Shown: positions 46,782-56,395 of the stretch, in pieces
Position numbering within the stretch: position 1 is the stretch's first letter
How the letters are laid out: the number at the start of each line of letters is the position of its first letter
From: a phage
Assembly (NCBI GenBank): GCA_026683435.1
Contig: GCA_026683435.1_4866.1
Length of the DNA: 64,000 nt
Reading direction: 5' to 3' (one strand)
The notes under the pieces: generated by a model
The model's database searches: none
What the model was told of the DNA's origin: nothing
Seen by the model: the letters and a program-made list of their open reading frames with translations, nothing else
Made by a program: the position numbers and the translations under genes

Positions 46782-47276
46782 TTACAGTTGGTTTTCTTCG
46801 CGGTCGTCTGTCAGGACGGCTGCGCAGATAAAGCGCGCGAGTTTCAATTTCGCAGCCGCTGTCTCCTCTGCAGACGGATTCGGGTCAACCGGCGCAGCCA
46901 AATCAACATCTGCCAGCTCTTCCGCGTATTTCTCAGCAGCTTCATCGAAGCCTGCACGGATACCTGCCAGAAGGTCTTGTACTTCATCGCTTGGCACAGG
47001 ACCATCGATAAGAATCTTCTGAGCATCTGATGGCTCTACATCGGCAAAGTTCATTTCGTTCAACATGCCAATGCGTTCTGCGTTAGAGGTGATGAGTTGT
47101 GCCAACAGTTTTTCAAAACGGTTGATATACTCATCGTCCAACGGTTGACCGGTCAGTAGCTCGTAGTAGCGGGCCATTAGTGTGTTCGCGTCGGCCCCTT
47201 CCTCATGACGCACGCCTAAATCAAAATCGTGCTGAGGGAGCTGACCTAATTCGATCATATCCATAGTTAACCTCAA
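46782..47276 (-). CDS. hypothetical acidic protein (164 aa)
   Basis: ORF with strongly acidic composition. Confidence 0.55.
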   Translation of the reverse strand: MRLTMDMIELGQLPQHDFDLGVRHEEGADANTLMARYYELLTGQPLDDEYINRFEKLLAQLITSNAERIGMLNEMNFADVEPSDAQKILIDGPVPSDEVQDLLAGIRAGFDEAAEKYAEELADVDLAAPVDPNPSAEETAAAKLKLARFICAAVLTDDREENQL

Positions 47277-47304
47277 CGGTGTTTAAGGGTCATACAATGG
47301 CGAA

Positions 47305-47595
47305 TTACGCCGTTACCGGAACAGGGGTGATTAACAGCTCCCCTTCCACCTCACGTAACTGATAACCGTACATAACGTTGTAGGATTTAATGCCGTCGCG
47401 CTGTTTGGCTTTCGCGACGAGCTTTTCCAACACGCGACTATGTGCACGAGTCATCTCTTCTTTCGAATAAACAACTTGGAGTACGTGCTGTTCGTCAATA
47501 ACGGCACGGAACTGCATTACGTCGCCATCCTCAACGTTGTAAACGACTTCTTTAGACTTCGACACTGTACGATTAATTTGCATTATTTTCTCCAT
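47305..47595 (-). CDS. hypothetical protein (96 aa)
   Basis: ORF in the co-directional block. Confidence 0.5.
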   Translation of the reverse strand: MEKIMQINRTVSKSKEVVYNVEDGDVMQFRAVIDEQHVLQVVYSKEEMTRAHSRVLEKLVAKAKQRDGIKSYNVMYGYQLREVEGELLITPVPVTA

Positions 47596-48385
47596 TAGTA
47601 GTTTTCAGGGCACGTCCGTACACATAACTTTCGGGTAGCCAACCGTTTTCTAATAACCACATTGCGGCTGGTCCCCCAGTATATTGGTGGTAAGTGTAAA
47701 CTAATTCATCCCCCACCGGTAATTCAGACTGGATACAATGCATCAACAGTCCGAACTCCTCTCGAGTTAGAGTAACCACCCCTTCTGCGGTAAACCATCC
47801 ACCAATAACCCAGCGTTGTCCACGATGTGAGAGCACTGTCAACTTGTAGCTATCAGCGTTTCGCCACGACATCAGCCTCCCACCCATGACAAGCGTTGAG
47901 TAGATTGAGCTTGTACCGTAAAGCATCCTAACCCAATCCAAGAACGCTTTCTTACTATCGAACAACGAACTGACATCCCCACAGAAATCCTCATCGTGGC
48001 TAGGCACCGATGAATTAATTTTGCGGTAGTTTATCGTTTCGCAACAAAAGCCCATGCGAGCATATTCGTCCCCTTCAGAACGAGTAAAATGCATCGCGTA
48101 GTTACGCCCAGCTGCACGAAGTAAGGAATCCGCAAGCGAGGTTAACTGGGCGTCTAAAGCACGAACCATATTGATAACTTCTAACATGTATCCGTGGTCC
48201 AGACAGAGCACGATCGCATCAGGCGCAACTGTGTCCCGACTGAAAACTTCAAAGATTCGGTAGTAAAGACGACGTTCATCTTGTAACGTGGAAGGATCGA
48301 TATCATTTAACAACGATAACGCTTTACGGTCTTCCAACCACGTTCGGTCCAGAATCCTCTCCGTGCGTTCGATAACTCTCAGCAT
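47573..48385 (-). CDS. hypothetical protein (270 aa)
   Basis: ORF in the co-directional block. Confidence 0.6.
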   Translation of the reverse strand: MLRVIERTERILDRTWLEDRKALSLLNDIDPSTLQDERRLYYRIFEVFSRDTVAPDAIVLCLDHGYMLEVINMVRALDAQLTSLADSLLRAAGRNYAMHFTRSEGDEYARMGFCCETINYRKINSSVPSHDEDFCGDVSSLFDSKKAFLDWVRMLYGTSSIYSTLVMGGRLMSWRNADSYKLTVLSHRGQRWVIGGWFTAEGVVTLTREEFGLLMHCIQSELPVGDELVYTYHQYTGGPAAMWLLENGWLPESYVYGRALKTTNGENNAN

Positions 48386-48394
48386 ATTCTCTCC

Positions 48395-49198
48395 TTACGC
48401 AAGGGTGTAGTGATGCGTGATTACACGATACTCTAACCCATCGATAGAAGGAAACTCGTGCTCTATCGCAACACCCATGTTGACCTTCTTACCTTTCTGT
48501 CCCGCCAAATGCAAAATGGCGTGGTAGTGTTTTAGAAACTCTACCGAGTAGGCAATCGGGTCAAAAGTTTGGCAGCAGAATTGCTCAGTAATGATGCTCT
48601 TCGGGAACTCCTTATAAAGCATTAATGAAAACGGTTTCTGACCGTGCAACCCCACGAACGCAGAGACAAAACCATTTGCTAATTCACCCAACATCTCACG
48701 CGTTCCTGCGTCTTTTAGCGTAGGTCGCATTAGATAGCAAACATCTTGGGTTTGTTCTAATGACAATGTCTCCAACGGGACAACCGATGGGTCTGACGTA
48801 AAACCGTATTTCGGACTGACAGTAATCTCCACACGCTTCGTTACAGCTTCGAACCCCAGACGTTGGTACAATGCCGCATGTTCGGTGTCATGCGGAAAAC
48901 AGGTAATATCAAGCATCTGCACTTCCAGGAGTCGCGTTAAACGCTTCCACTCGTGGAACAGGGGCTCGGAAAGCACGTGCAACTCGTAGATGTAGTAAAC
49001 AATACCTGAACGACATCCACGAAAATACATTTGCGCACGACCGCTATTGCTCAACACTAACCAATGATCGTCTTCTTGGTCTGCGACGGGTCGCAAATCT
49101 TGAATCCGTTCACGGAGTTGCCCCAAGGTGGTCAATCGACCACTAAACTCTACGGTCAGGTCATTTTTGTCCATACCGTATAGATTAAATAGTTGCAT
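48395..49198 (-). CDS. hypothetical protein (267 aa), possibly GNAT-like
   Basis: Weak C-terminal 'YQRLGFEAV' GNAT-like motif only. Confidence 0.5.
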   Translation of the reverse strand: MQLFNLYGMDKNDLTVEFSGRLTTLGQLRERIQDLRPVADQEDDHWLVLSNSGRAQMYFRGCRSGIVYYIYELHVLSEPLFHEWKRLTRLLEVQMLDITCFPHDTEHAALYQRLGFEAVTKRVEITVSPKYGFTSDPSVVPLETLSLEQTQDVCYLMRPTLKDAGTREMLGELANGFVSAFVGLHGQKPFSLMLYKEFPKSIITEQFCCQTFDPIAYSVEFLKHYHAILHLAGQKGKKVNMGVAIEHEFPSIDGLEYRVITHHYTLA

Positions 49199-49207
49199 GT
49201 TGGTACC

Positions 49208-50026
49208 TTATAAGGTGCCGATTAGCTCTGTCACCGCTTTACGTTTATTCGCATCCGCAGACATATATCGACCTACTTGAACTTCGCGCCAAGTAAAGCC
49301 GTAATAAATATCGCGTGTGAGTAACGTATCTGCGTTTGACAGAACGATCTTATTGCCATCGGCAGCTTGTTGTTTTAAAAGTTTCGCTAACTCGCGGTGG
49401 TCAGCTTGTGAAAATTCCTTGCTGTGATACTGCGCATGTTTAGCCGTATCCGAAAGTGGGATGTATGGCGGGTCAGCGTATATCACTGCGTTAGATGGGC
49501 ACTTATTTAAGATGTCGCGGAAGTCGGCGCAGAGCAGCTCGACGTTGGTTTCCGAACAACGTTTCGCCCACGCCAGAATTTCCTCTTCAGGGAAATAGAC
49601 ACCGTTCGGATGTTGACCATAAGGCACGTTAAACCCACCCGACTGATTGTATCTGCACAAGCCGTTGTAACCATGACGTGTAAGATACAGGAACATCGCA
49701 GCGCGCTGGAGATTAGGTTTCCCCGTGGTTGTCTCGCTGTTAAATTCCTCGCGTCGTTTCATGTACAGACCGCGGTCCGTCCCATTTGCAAAGAGCGCCT
49801 TTGCTTCCAGTATCAACGCCTCCGGACGATCGCGCGCCATGGTCAATAACTCGATTAAGTCCGGGTTCGTGTCGCCGAGAATATAGTTCGGGTATTTAGT
49901 GTTTAAAAACACTGACCCTGCACCCACAAACGGTTCAACGAAATACTCAGCATCTGGAAGCACCTGTAGCAGCTCGGGAAGTACGCGACTCTTACCACCC
50001 ATCCATTTTAAAATTGGTCTTATCAC
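49208..50026 (-). CDS. dam: DNA N6-adenine methyltransferase (Dam family)
   Basis: 'KWMGGK', 'FVEPFVGAGSVF' (motif I) and 'DPPY' (motif IV). Confidence 0.8.
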   Translation of the reverse strand: MIRPILKWMGGKSRVLPELLQVLPDAEYFVEPFVGAGSVFLNTKYPNYILGDTNPDLIELLTMARDRPEALILEAKALFANGTDRGLYMKRREEFNSETTTGKPNLQRAAMFLYLTRHGYNGLCRYNQSGGFNVPYGQHPNGVYFPEEEILAWAKRCSETNVELLCADFRDILNKCPSNAVIYADPPYIPLSDTAKHAQYHSKEFSQADHRELAKLLKQQAADGNKIVLSNADTLLTRDIYYGFTWREVQVGRYMSADANKRKAVTELIGTL

Positions 50027-50032
50027 CCGTTA

Positions 50033-51061
50033 TCATCCTCTCATGCCAGATTGAAACATATCACTGATAGTCAGCCTGGTTGTAGTCTCCACCGGAATGC
50101 TAGGTTCTTCTTTCAGCACTCGATCGGCGCGGTTCCCATTCACCCGTTTCCAGCTAATAAGTTCAGGATCGCGTTTCAACGTTAGTGTACGCAGTACCTG
50201 CTTGCAACGTAAGATGTTACCGTACAGGTGATTTGCTGGATTATTATCAGCAGCTGTTTCAATATAGACTTGGTCGGAATGACGTTGTGCGAAATCGAAC
50301 AGCGCGCCCATTAGCCGGCGACCAATGCCACGTTTACGATGCGTAGGTGCAACCGTCAAGCCAGAGAGTTCAACGACGCCTGGCGCGACCAAACGCATTT
50401 GGGCAATGCCGACGATATCACGACCGTCTCGCCAAATCGCGGTTTCCACATTAGCGTGCTGAATTCTTGCTATCACGGTTTCTGCCAAAGGACCAATGTG
50501 TGTATAATAGCCACGAATGTCATACCCCAGTTCCTCGCAAATTGCACCACTGACCAGATTCAGGATAACGTCTTTGTCGTCCTTGGAAAGTTCTGCGTAT
50601 GCGTCACCAGAAATAATCTTGATTTCCGATGCAGTTATTACTTTATCAAACAGTTTAGAATGACATGCCCAGACGATATCTGAAAGAACAAACCCTTTTT
50701 CGACCAGTTTTTGTTCAACATCGCCAGTAGGTGCCGGGCACGACATATATTCGAAGCCTGTGTGGTCGAGCACAAGGGCTAAACCAACTTTATCGAATGC
50801 CCCAGGTACAAACTCCTCAAAATAGTGACAGGTTAGTGTAGGGTCACCGTGTCGATAGGTGGCCACTAAATAACCCTCCCAGGTTTCTCTATTCCGTACC
50901 ACGTAAACAGAATAAGTCTCGTCCTTTAGAAACTCTTTTAGGCGGCGTGCTCGTACAGTATCGCTACCGACGTTATTTTGGAACTCGGCAGAGCGAATGC
51001 TGCTGCGGAACAATTTAGCCACAGTTTTCATTGTAATGCCCTCAAAAGGTAATGCTGTCAC
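50033..51061 (-). CDS. two-domain protein with C-terminal GNAT acetyltransferase domain
   Basis: 'HRKRGIGRRLMGALFDFA' GNAT acetyl-CoA-binding motif in the C-terminal half. Confidence 0.6.
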   Translation of the reverse strand: MTALPFEGITMKTVAKLFRSSIRSAEFQNNVGSDTVRARRLKEFLKDETYSVYVVRNRETWEGYLVATYRHGDPTLTCHYFEEFVPGAFDKVGLALVLDHTGFEYMSCPAPTGDVEQKLVEKGFVLSDIVWACHSKLFDKVITASEIKIISGDAYAELSKDDKDVILNLVSGAICEELGYDIRGYYTHIGPLAETVIARIQHANVETAIWRDGRDIVGIAQMRLVAPGVVELSGLTVAPTHRKRGIGRRLMGALFDFAQRHSDQVYIETAADNNPANHLYGNILRCKQVLRTLTLKRDPELISWKRVNGNRADRVLKEEPSIPVETTTRLTISDMFQSGMRG

Positions 51062-51079
51062 AACATGAGGATAATGCGT

Positions 51080-51117
51080 AAAAAGACAAAAAATTAAGGG
51101 GTCCGAAGACCCCTTAA
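51080..51117 (-). terminator. intrinsic terminator
   Basis: Stem TTAAGGGGTC/GACCCCTTAA with UUCG loop, then T-run. Confidence 0.55.
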
Positions 51118-51120
51118 TGA

Positions 51121-51777
51121 TTACAGTTCAGGTTTGGAGACAAGCGCCGTCCAAGTTTCAGAATGTTTGATACTGACGTGCGCCAAGCGATTCACCATGA
51201 ACGCAAATTTGTCCATATGCTTCTGCACTTCGTTATCAGTCAGATTACCAGCGATAACTTTACCGTCTTTGGTCAGCACGATATAACCGTGGTTGTTGTC
51301 TACAGTAGTAAACGCCACGTCAATCGTAACTGGGTACAGTTTCACCAGCGTCGGCAGAATATGACCAACACGATCCGCCATACCCGCAAGCTGACCACAA
51401 AGGTCGGCTTTATCCTGCATGAACAAACGCAACATCGCTACTGCAAACACCGGATAGATGTTTTCGATTTGCGTGTCGTAACGAGACAGACCGATAACTT
51501 CATCACCACGGGTTAGCACCATGTTGTTCAGATGCGCGCCTTTATAGATGGTAAAGCGTACGTCGCTACCAAGGTTAACCGCAACGATTTCCTGACCAAG
51601 GTCAATCGGATATTCGCGCTCGATGTGAATTGTTTTCAGACGTTCACTGATTGGTACAATTACATCCGGTTTAGGAATGGTAGGTGGGCGTGGAGATTCG
51701 GTAGTACGCGTTTTTGTGGCTTTAATCGCGTTGCTTGCCGTTGAATCTTTTGCTACAGTTTTAGGGGCCTTCGCCAT
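51121..51777 (-). CDS. hypothetical protein (about 218 aa)
   Basis: AAGGAG RBS at the internal ATG (MAKAPKTVAKD). Confidence 0.55.
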   Translation of the reverse strand: MAKAPKTVAKDSTASNAIKATKTRTTESPRPPTIPKPDVIVPISERLKTIHIEREYPIDLGQEIVAVNLGSDVRFTIYKGAHLNNMVLTRGDEVIGLSRYDTQIENIYPVFAVAMLRLFMQDKADLCGQLAGMADRVGHILPTLVKLYPVTIDVAFTTVDNNHGYIVLTKDGKVIAGNLTDNEVQKHMDKFAFMVNRLAHVSIKHSETWTALVSKPEL

Positions 51778-51799
51778 GATATACTCCTTAAGGGTTATA

Positions 51800-52189
51800 T
51801 TAGTTATCCCAGAAAGCTGCTTCTGGAAAGTCGTGTTCAAATGCCCGACGGTCATTCTCTACACGGTTTAAATGTGTCGGTAAAGACACACAGTTATTAC
51901 AGATACAAAGTTCTTTATCCCCTTGACTGGGGTCAAAGTCGTGCCATTTCCACTCAACAGTATCCCGTTTCGGGAAGGTACCTTTGCAATCGTCGCAGAC
52001 CACTTCTTCAGCTGCAATTTCAGCCTGCAGTTTTTCCCAGCAGTCTTCGCACATGTAATACGTTTCGCGGCCCCATGGGTCGCACTCTGCCGTATAGCGC
52101 GGGGCTATAGAGCCCACTTTAAGATGTTTACATCGATCATCCTCTTCCGTCATCACGCGACGGGTGATACCATTTACAAACCAATTCAT
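51800..52189 (-). CDS. Cys-rich zinc-finger-like protein (129 aa)
   Basis: Paired CxxC motifs (CEDCWEKL, CDDCKGT, CICNNC). Confidence 0.5.
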   Translation of the reverse strand: MNWFVNGITRRVMTEEDDRCKHLKVGSIAPRYTAECDPWGRETYYMCEDCWEKLQAEIAAEEVVCDDCKGTFPKRDTVEWKWHDFDPSQGDKELCICNNCVSLPTHLNRVENDRRAFEHDFPEAAFWDN

Positions 52190-52200
52190 ATGTTTGCTCC

Positions 52201-52566
52201 CTACATTACTGCAGAAGGTTTACGTGCCATGACTTTGAGTCCTGTTTCTCGTACCCGGATAGGACAGTTATTCATGTAGTCGGTGCAGGATTCAATTTTG
52301 AAGCTATGGCGGCATTTGCCGTTGATGGAACGGTAAACGATTTCGTAATTCAGGCGCAGTGTATCGGCAACACGCATCAGAGTTTCGATAGTCACGGCTT
52401 TCTCGCGTTCATTTTTAATCGCAGAGATTTGTGACGGTGAGCAGCCTACCAACAATGCAATGTCTTTCTGCGTAACATCCTTCGCAGTGACACGAGTAAT
52501 AATGTAAGAGAGACGAACCAGAAATGCTTTCTTTGCCAACACAACGGTTTGATGTTTAAAACGCAT
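52201..52566 (-). CDS. helix-turn-helix DNA-binding protein (121 aa)
   Basis: 'QKDIALLVGCSPSQISAIKN' HTH-like segment. AAAGGAG RBS, conserved motif upstream. Confidence 0.55.
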   Translation of the reverse strand: MRFKHQTVVLAKKAFLVRLSYIITRVTAKDVTQKDIALLVGCSPSQISAIKNEREKAVTIETLMRVADTLRLNYEIVYRSINGKCRHSFKIESCTDYMNNCPIRVRETGLKVMARKPSAVM

Positions 52567-52610
52567 TAGAATACTCCTTTAGATTAATAGTCGATTAGAG
52601 AGTTTAGTAG

Positions 52611-52641
52611 TAACTCTCACCTAAGTAATATATATCTGAAA
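52611..52641 (-). promoter_or_regulatory. conserved upstream motif, copy 4
   Basis: Identical 31-mer to copy 1, within an approximately 80-bp region highly similar to 33811-33890. Confidence 0.5.
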
Positions 52642-52683
52642 TTTAGTGGAGTGGAAGCAAAAAGCATAAGACTGTTCTGATCT

Positions 52684-52723
52684 GTAAAAAAAGACAATAC
52701 CCTCTTACCCGAAGGTAAGAGGG
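52684..52723 (-). terminator. intrinsic terminator
   Basis: Stem CCCTCTTACC/GGTAAGAGGG with UUCG loop, then T-run. Confidence 0.55.
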
Positions 52724-52729
52724 GTACAA

Positions 52730-53353
52730 CTAACCTGCCAGAATACGTTCAACGATACGCGCGGCTTGTAACGCTATATCGTCGTCAGCCGTAACACGCA
52801 TCAGCGGGAACTTATCGCCGCCATCTGTGGTGATGTGGAAAGCAAAACGGTAATGGTCGCGTAAGGCGTCCCAATCGGTCTGTGAGCGCAGATACTTCGC
52901 TGTCAGTACCTCATCATCCCAGTTCTTACCTTGTGCCTCTACGCGCTTCTTAAAGCGTTCTGTGGCGGTTTCGTAAGATACATCGGTTGCCACGTAAAGC
53001 TTTGGTGCGTTAATGTGGTCTAATACCCGCGAACGGAAAACTTCCCCTTTACCATCGACGCCCTGGTAGACAATAGTCGATTGACAAAAACGGTCAAAAA
53101 TAACGACATCGTGCTCTGGTACAACGAGGTCCATCGTGTATTGGAAATCCAGACACATCGCTTTAGCAATGCGTTCGTTAGAAGCGTGCTGGATAACCAG
53201 AGAACGTGCACTAATACCGGCTTCAGTGGTATTCGTCGGGTGATTGACGATGATGACATTAACGCCAGCGGAGCGCAACATCGCTTGAATCATTTTCGCG
53301 AGTGTTGATTTGCCAGAAAAATCTGGACCATCCAGCGCCACTGAGTTTAACAT
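52730..53353 (-). CDS. thymidylate/dNMP kinase-like P-loop kinase
   Basis: 'LDGPDFSGKST' P-loop near the N-terminus and 'DRF' (Tmk DRY/F-like) motif. Start set at the internal ATG. Confidence 0.55.
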   Translation of the reverse strand: MLNSVALDGPDFSGKSTLAKMIQAMLRSAGVNVIIVNHPTNTTEAGISARSLVIQHASNERIAKAMCLDFQYTMDLVVPEHDVVIFDRFCQSTIVYQGVDGKGEVFRSRVLDHINAPKLYVATDVSYETATERFKKRVEAQGKNWDDEVLTAKYLRSQTDWDALRDHYRFAFHITTDGGDKFPLMRVTADDDIALQAARIVERILAG

Positions 53354-53413
53354 TTTATTCTTCCCCAAAAGTTTAATTAATTGTAGTGGTGTCACAATAT
53401 AGCGAGCATACGT

Positions 53414-53449
53414 AAAGAAAAAAAATAATAGGCACTCCGAAGAGTGCCT
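53414..53449 (-). terminator. intrinsic terminator
   Basis: Stem AGGCACTC/GAGTGCCT with UUCG loop, then T-run. Confidence 0.55.
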
Positions 53450-53456
53450 AGCTTAC

Positions 53457-54221
53457 TTAGAAGTCAACTCGCGTTTTCGATTTTTCCTCAATGCCTTCTG
53501 GCCATGAATCAATCCACGCTTGCAGCACCGCAGCTACACGGGGCTCAGCTAAGAACCTCTTCAATAACGGCCATGACTGGAGAGGATATAAAAACTTCAA
53601 CGAAACTTGACCTGGGTCAAACTCATTCCGAACAGTAAACGGTAAACGGAAATCATAAGTTACCTGAACAACTGGCTCACTGAAAGGCTGGCCAAAGAAA
53701 CTCAGGTTCCGAGTTACCGAAAGGACATGCCCTGCAAACTCACCCCGAATCAGTTCGCTGCTCTTAACGGAGACAAACGAATAACCGTCGGTGTTCGGCT
53801 TACGCAGTCGTTCGGTTTTCATCACGTTAGCGAAGAAGTTATCAATCACTTCTTCGACCAATACGTAATTCAGACACTCCCCACGCAACGCCTCGAGATT
53901 GTGTTGAGACCATGCATCCCATAGCGCCGGTTTTCTGGCAATCAGCTTAAAGAACAGACGTGCAGAAACCGCCCGGAGTTCGCCGAGCATTTTCTTGGTC
54001 AGTTCAGTTTGATCCCAACTGGGGGCACAAAAGATTGTCCTTCCGCCGGAACCTACTAAGGTGGCACCGGTCACGCTGTTAATCAGTTTGTGACTTAACA
54101 TGTGCGGAATACCTTTTGCCGTCAGGTCATTTTCGTCATACGTGAATACGTAGCGATACTGACCATCTGCGGTAGGTACGGAAAGCCATTCTTTGGTTGC
54201 TGCTTTATTGAGTTTTGACAT
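53457..54221 (-). CDS. hypothetical protein (254 aa)
   Basis: ORF in the co-directional block. Confidence 0.6.
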   Translation of the reverse strand: MSKLNKAATKEWLSVPTADGQYRYVFTYDENDLTAKGIPHMLSHKLINSVTGATLVGSGGRTIFCAPSWDQTELTKKMLGELRAVSARLFFKLIARKPALWDAWSQHNLEALRGECLNYVLVEEVIDNFFANVMKTERLRKPNTDGYSFVSVKSSELIRGEFAGHVLSVTRNLSFFGQPFSEPVVQVTYDFRLPFTVRNEFDPGQVSLKFLYPLQSWPLLKRFLAEPRVAAVLQAWIDSWPEGIEEKSKTRVDF

Positions 54222-54320
54222 TTTGTTTACTCGCTTTTAAGTTTAAGTTGGTGAGTTTTAACCGACTCACAACGGCTTCTAGCATATGCTAAGGATGAAA
54301 CGTAATTTTTGCACGTCTCC

Positions 54321-54342
54321 CTAAGATAACATCTATCCAAAA
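54321..54342 (-). promoter_or_regulatory. conserved upstream motif, copy 5 (variant)
   Basis: CTAAGATAACATCTATCCAAAA on the plus strand, next to a terminator hairpin. Confidence 0.4.
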
Positions 54343-54356
54343 AAGAATAGAGTCGA

Positions 54357-54376
54357 CCCACTCCCGAAGGAGTGGG
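54357..54376 (-). terminator. intrinsic terminator
   Basis: Stem CCCACTCC/GGAGTGGG with UUCG loop, then T-run. Confidence 0.5.
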
Positions 54377-54382
54377 TATAAC

Positions 54383-54982
54383 TCACTGATGATCAACTGT
54401 CGGTTCAGACCACTCTGGGACTGGCGGAAGCTTAATATCAGCTGCATACTCTGAAGGTACTGCAAGTGTGGTAAAGCCTCGACATGCTAAATAGTGCTGC
54501 ATTCGTGCTGCCTGGTTTGGTGTATCAGTAATCACCAAATGGGTCTTACGCATAAGTGCGAGTACCGCCTGTCCTTCTTGCGGTGTAGGTGTACGTGGAT
54601 GCTTACTGATAATGCTCATTAACCAGTCACGTGCAATACCGCCTACATTACAACTGGCCTCACGCAAATCAACCACACCTTCTCCCTCACCGACCACCTG
54701 TTTCGTGGAGTTAGGATAAAAGCGATACGGTGCACGACGACGCTTACGACGTACTTCTGAAATAGCACGCCCGAGTATCATCTGTGCATGTTTAACGCTA
54801 CAGCCTTCCACCGGTCTACGCATGTTCGTTACTAAACAGGCAATCTCTAGTACCTTACCGATTTGATAACGACGCTTAAAGCCATGACGACTTATGTCTA
54901 CGTATTCTGGAAGATTGCCGTTTTTATTGATGTTTGCAACCGTAATCAAAAACAGCGAATCGAGAATCATCTCAGACATCAC
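54383..54982 (-). CDS. hypothetical protein (199 aa)
   Basis: ORF in the co-directional block. Confidence 0.55.
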   Translation of the reverse strand: MMSEMILDSLFLITVANINKNGNLPEYVDISRHGFKRRYQIGKVLEIACLVTNMRRPVEGCSVKHAQMILGRAISEVRRKRRRAPYRFYPNSTKQVVGEGEGVVDLREASCNVGGIARDWLMSIISKHPRTPTPQEGQAVLALMRKTHLVITDTPNQAARMQHYLACRGFTTLAVPSEYAADIKLPPVPEWSEPTVDHQ

Positions 54983-54991
54983 AGTCTCCCC

Positions 54992-55363
54992 TTAAAACCC
55001 CGCAACGACTGCAGCCATAAAGTCATGGACGACTTTACGTTGTTCTGCAAGCGGGTAGCCAAATTTAGTAATGTCGTGCATCCACCGAACTCGGTGGGTC
55101 CGACCATCGTGACTGAATGTGGAGCGCAGTACCAGGAAATAATCCGCACTGACTCGAAAATGTAACGAGCAGCTGCCATGTTTGGCTCGCACGGTCAACT
55201 GAATACGCTTTACACCGCCGCCTAAATACTTAGCGTCGATGTCGACCTGGTCAACCTCCGGCACAGCCCGTAAGGCTTGCGCGACGTCTTCCAGGTCCCC
55301 GTTCTTGCTCACATTAGCGCCATGGAGCGCTGCGGTACAGAGTTGAAGCTCTCGATAGAACAT
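54992..55363 (-). CDS. hypothetical protein (123 aa)
   Basis: ORF in the co-directional block. Confidence 0.5.
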   Translation of the reverse strand: MFYRELQLCTAALHGANVSKNGDLEDVAQALRAVPEVDQVDIDAKYLGGGVKRIQLTVRAKHGSCSLHFRVSADYFLVLRSTFSHDGRTHRVRWMHDITKFGYPLAEQRKVVHDFMAAVVAGF

Positions 55364-55917
55364 CCTTCTAGTCTCCTGTCCCTCCCATAGTTCAAGGGAT
55401 TTTTATAATACCAATCTTCATGCACAGGAGTCACGCGGATATACCGGCTGTAAAACAACAAGTATTTGTAAAAGGTATCAATACTGACGTCTTTGTCCAC
55501 TGATAAAAAGTAGTTTAAAGACGGGTCGTCTGGGAACGACACAAAGATACCGGTGAAGTGCGCATCGGAATAGGGGCCATTAAACGGCGTCACTTCACAC
55601 TTCAGGCAAGGTAAGCCAACCTGAAACGCGTTCTGTCCTGTCCAGTAGATTCCACGTGTGGTTGCATCGCGTGTTTTCCCATCGGGACGACAAACGATCC
55701 CTGCCATAAAACTGGAGCGTTGACTTGGGTCAGCCGCATTTAAGAACCGGATTATTCTGTCTACTGAAAAATATTTTAACGTGCCGGGCGGTAATTGCCA
55801 GAACTGTCCCATCGCACGTACCACCTTCCAACCAGGGCGATTTCTTGCCCCGAAACGCTTTACACAAAAAGTATATCGCGAGCCAGTCTGATGTGGCACG
55901 CTGCGGACAGCCACCAT
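55309..55917 (-). CDS. hypothetical protein (202 aa)
   Basis: ORF in the co-directional block. Confidence 0.5.
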   Translation of the reverse strand: MVAVRSVPHQTGSRYTFCVKRFGARNRPGWKVVRAMGQFWQLPPGTLKYFSVDRIIRFLNAADPSQRSSFMAGIVCRPDGKTRDATTRGIYWTGQNAFQVGLPCLKCEVTPFNGPYSDAHFTGIFVSFPDDPSLNYFLSVDKDVSIDTFYKYLLFYSRYIRVTPVHEDWYYKNPLNYGRDRRLEGCSIESFNSVPQRSMALM

Positions 55918-55918
55918 G

Positions 55919-56395
55919 TTAAAGCTCCTTTACCATATCCTGGTATTCAGTTCGAAAACCGAAACGTTCATAAAACGCAATAGCACGGTCATTATTACCG
56001 AGCACGTTAAGCTGCATCCATGCGCAGCCTTTTGATTTGCCGTAATTTTCTACGGCTTCAATTAACTCATGACCGACGCCTTGAGAGCGAACTGATTCAT
56101 CTACAAAAAAGTTATATACCCAGAGGAAACGTTGTCCCTTTTTGGTGTAGCCGAAGGTGATGAAACCAACAGCCACACCACGGTCATCAACGGCGCAAGC
56201 GCACAGCGTACCTTCACCCCAAACCTCCTCCAGTTTTGAGATTTGATTAAACCCTTCACGACCGTTTAAGTCGGCGAGTTTTATTTTCTGATCGTCGTAT
56301 AACTTGTTGTGTAGTCCTAACAAGTCGGCGTAGTATTTCTTTCCATACGGGGAGTTGGGCTTGGTGACAAAAACGATTTTCATCACACCCTCCAA
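55919..56395 (-). CDS. GNAT family N-acetyltransferase
   Basis: 'VRSQGVGHELIEAVENYGKSKG' and 'AIAFYERFGF' motifs. Confidence 0.65.
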   Translation of the reverse strand: MEGVMKIVFVTKPNSPYGKKYYADLLGLHNKLYDDQKIKLADLNGREGFNQISKLEEVWGEGTLCACAVDDRGVAVGFITFGYTKKGQRFLWVYNFFVDESVRSQGVGHELIEAVENYGKSKGCAWMQLNVLGNNDRAIAFYERFGFRTEYQDMVKEL

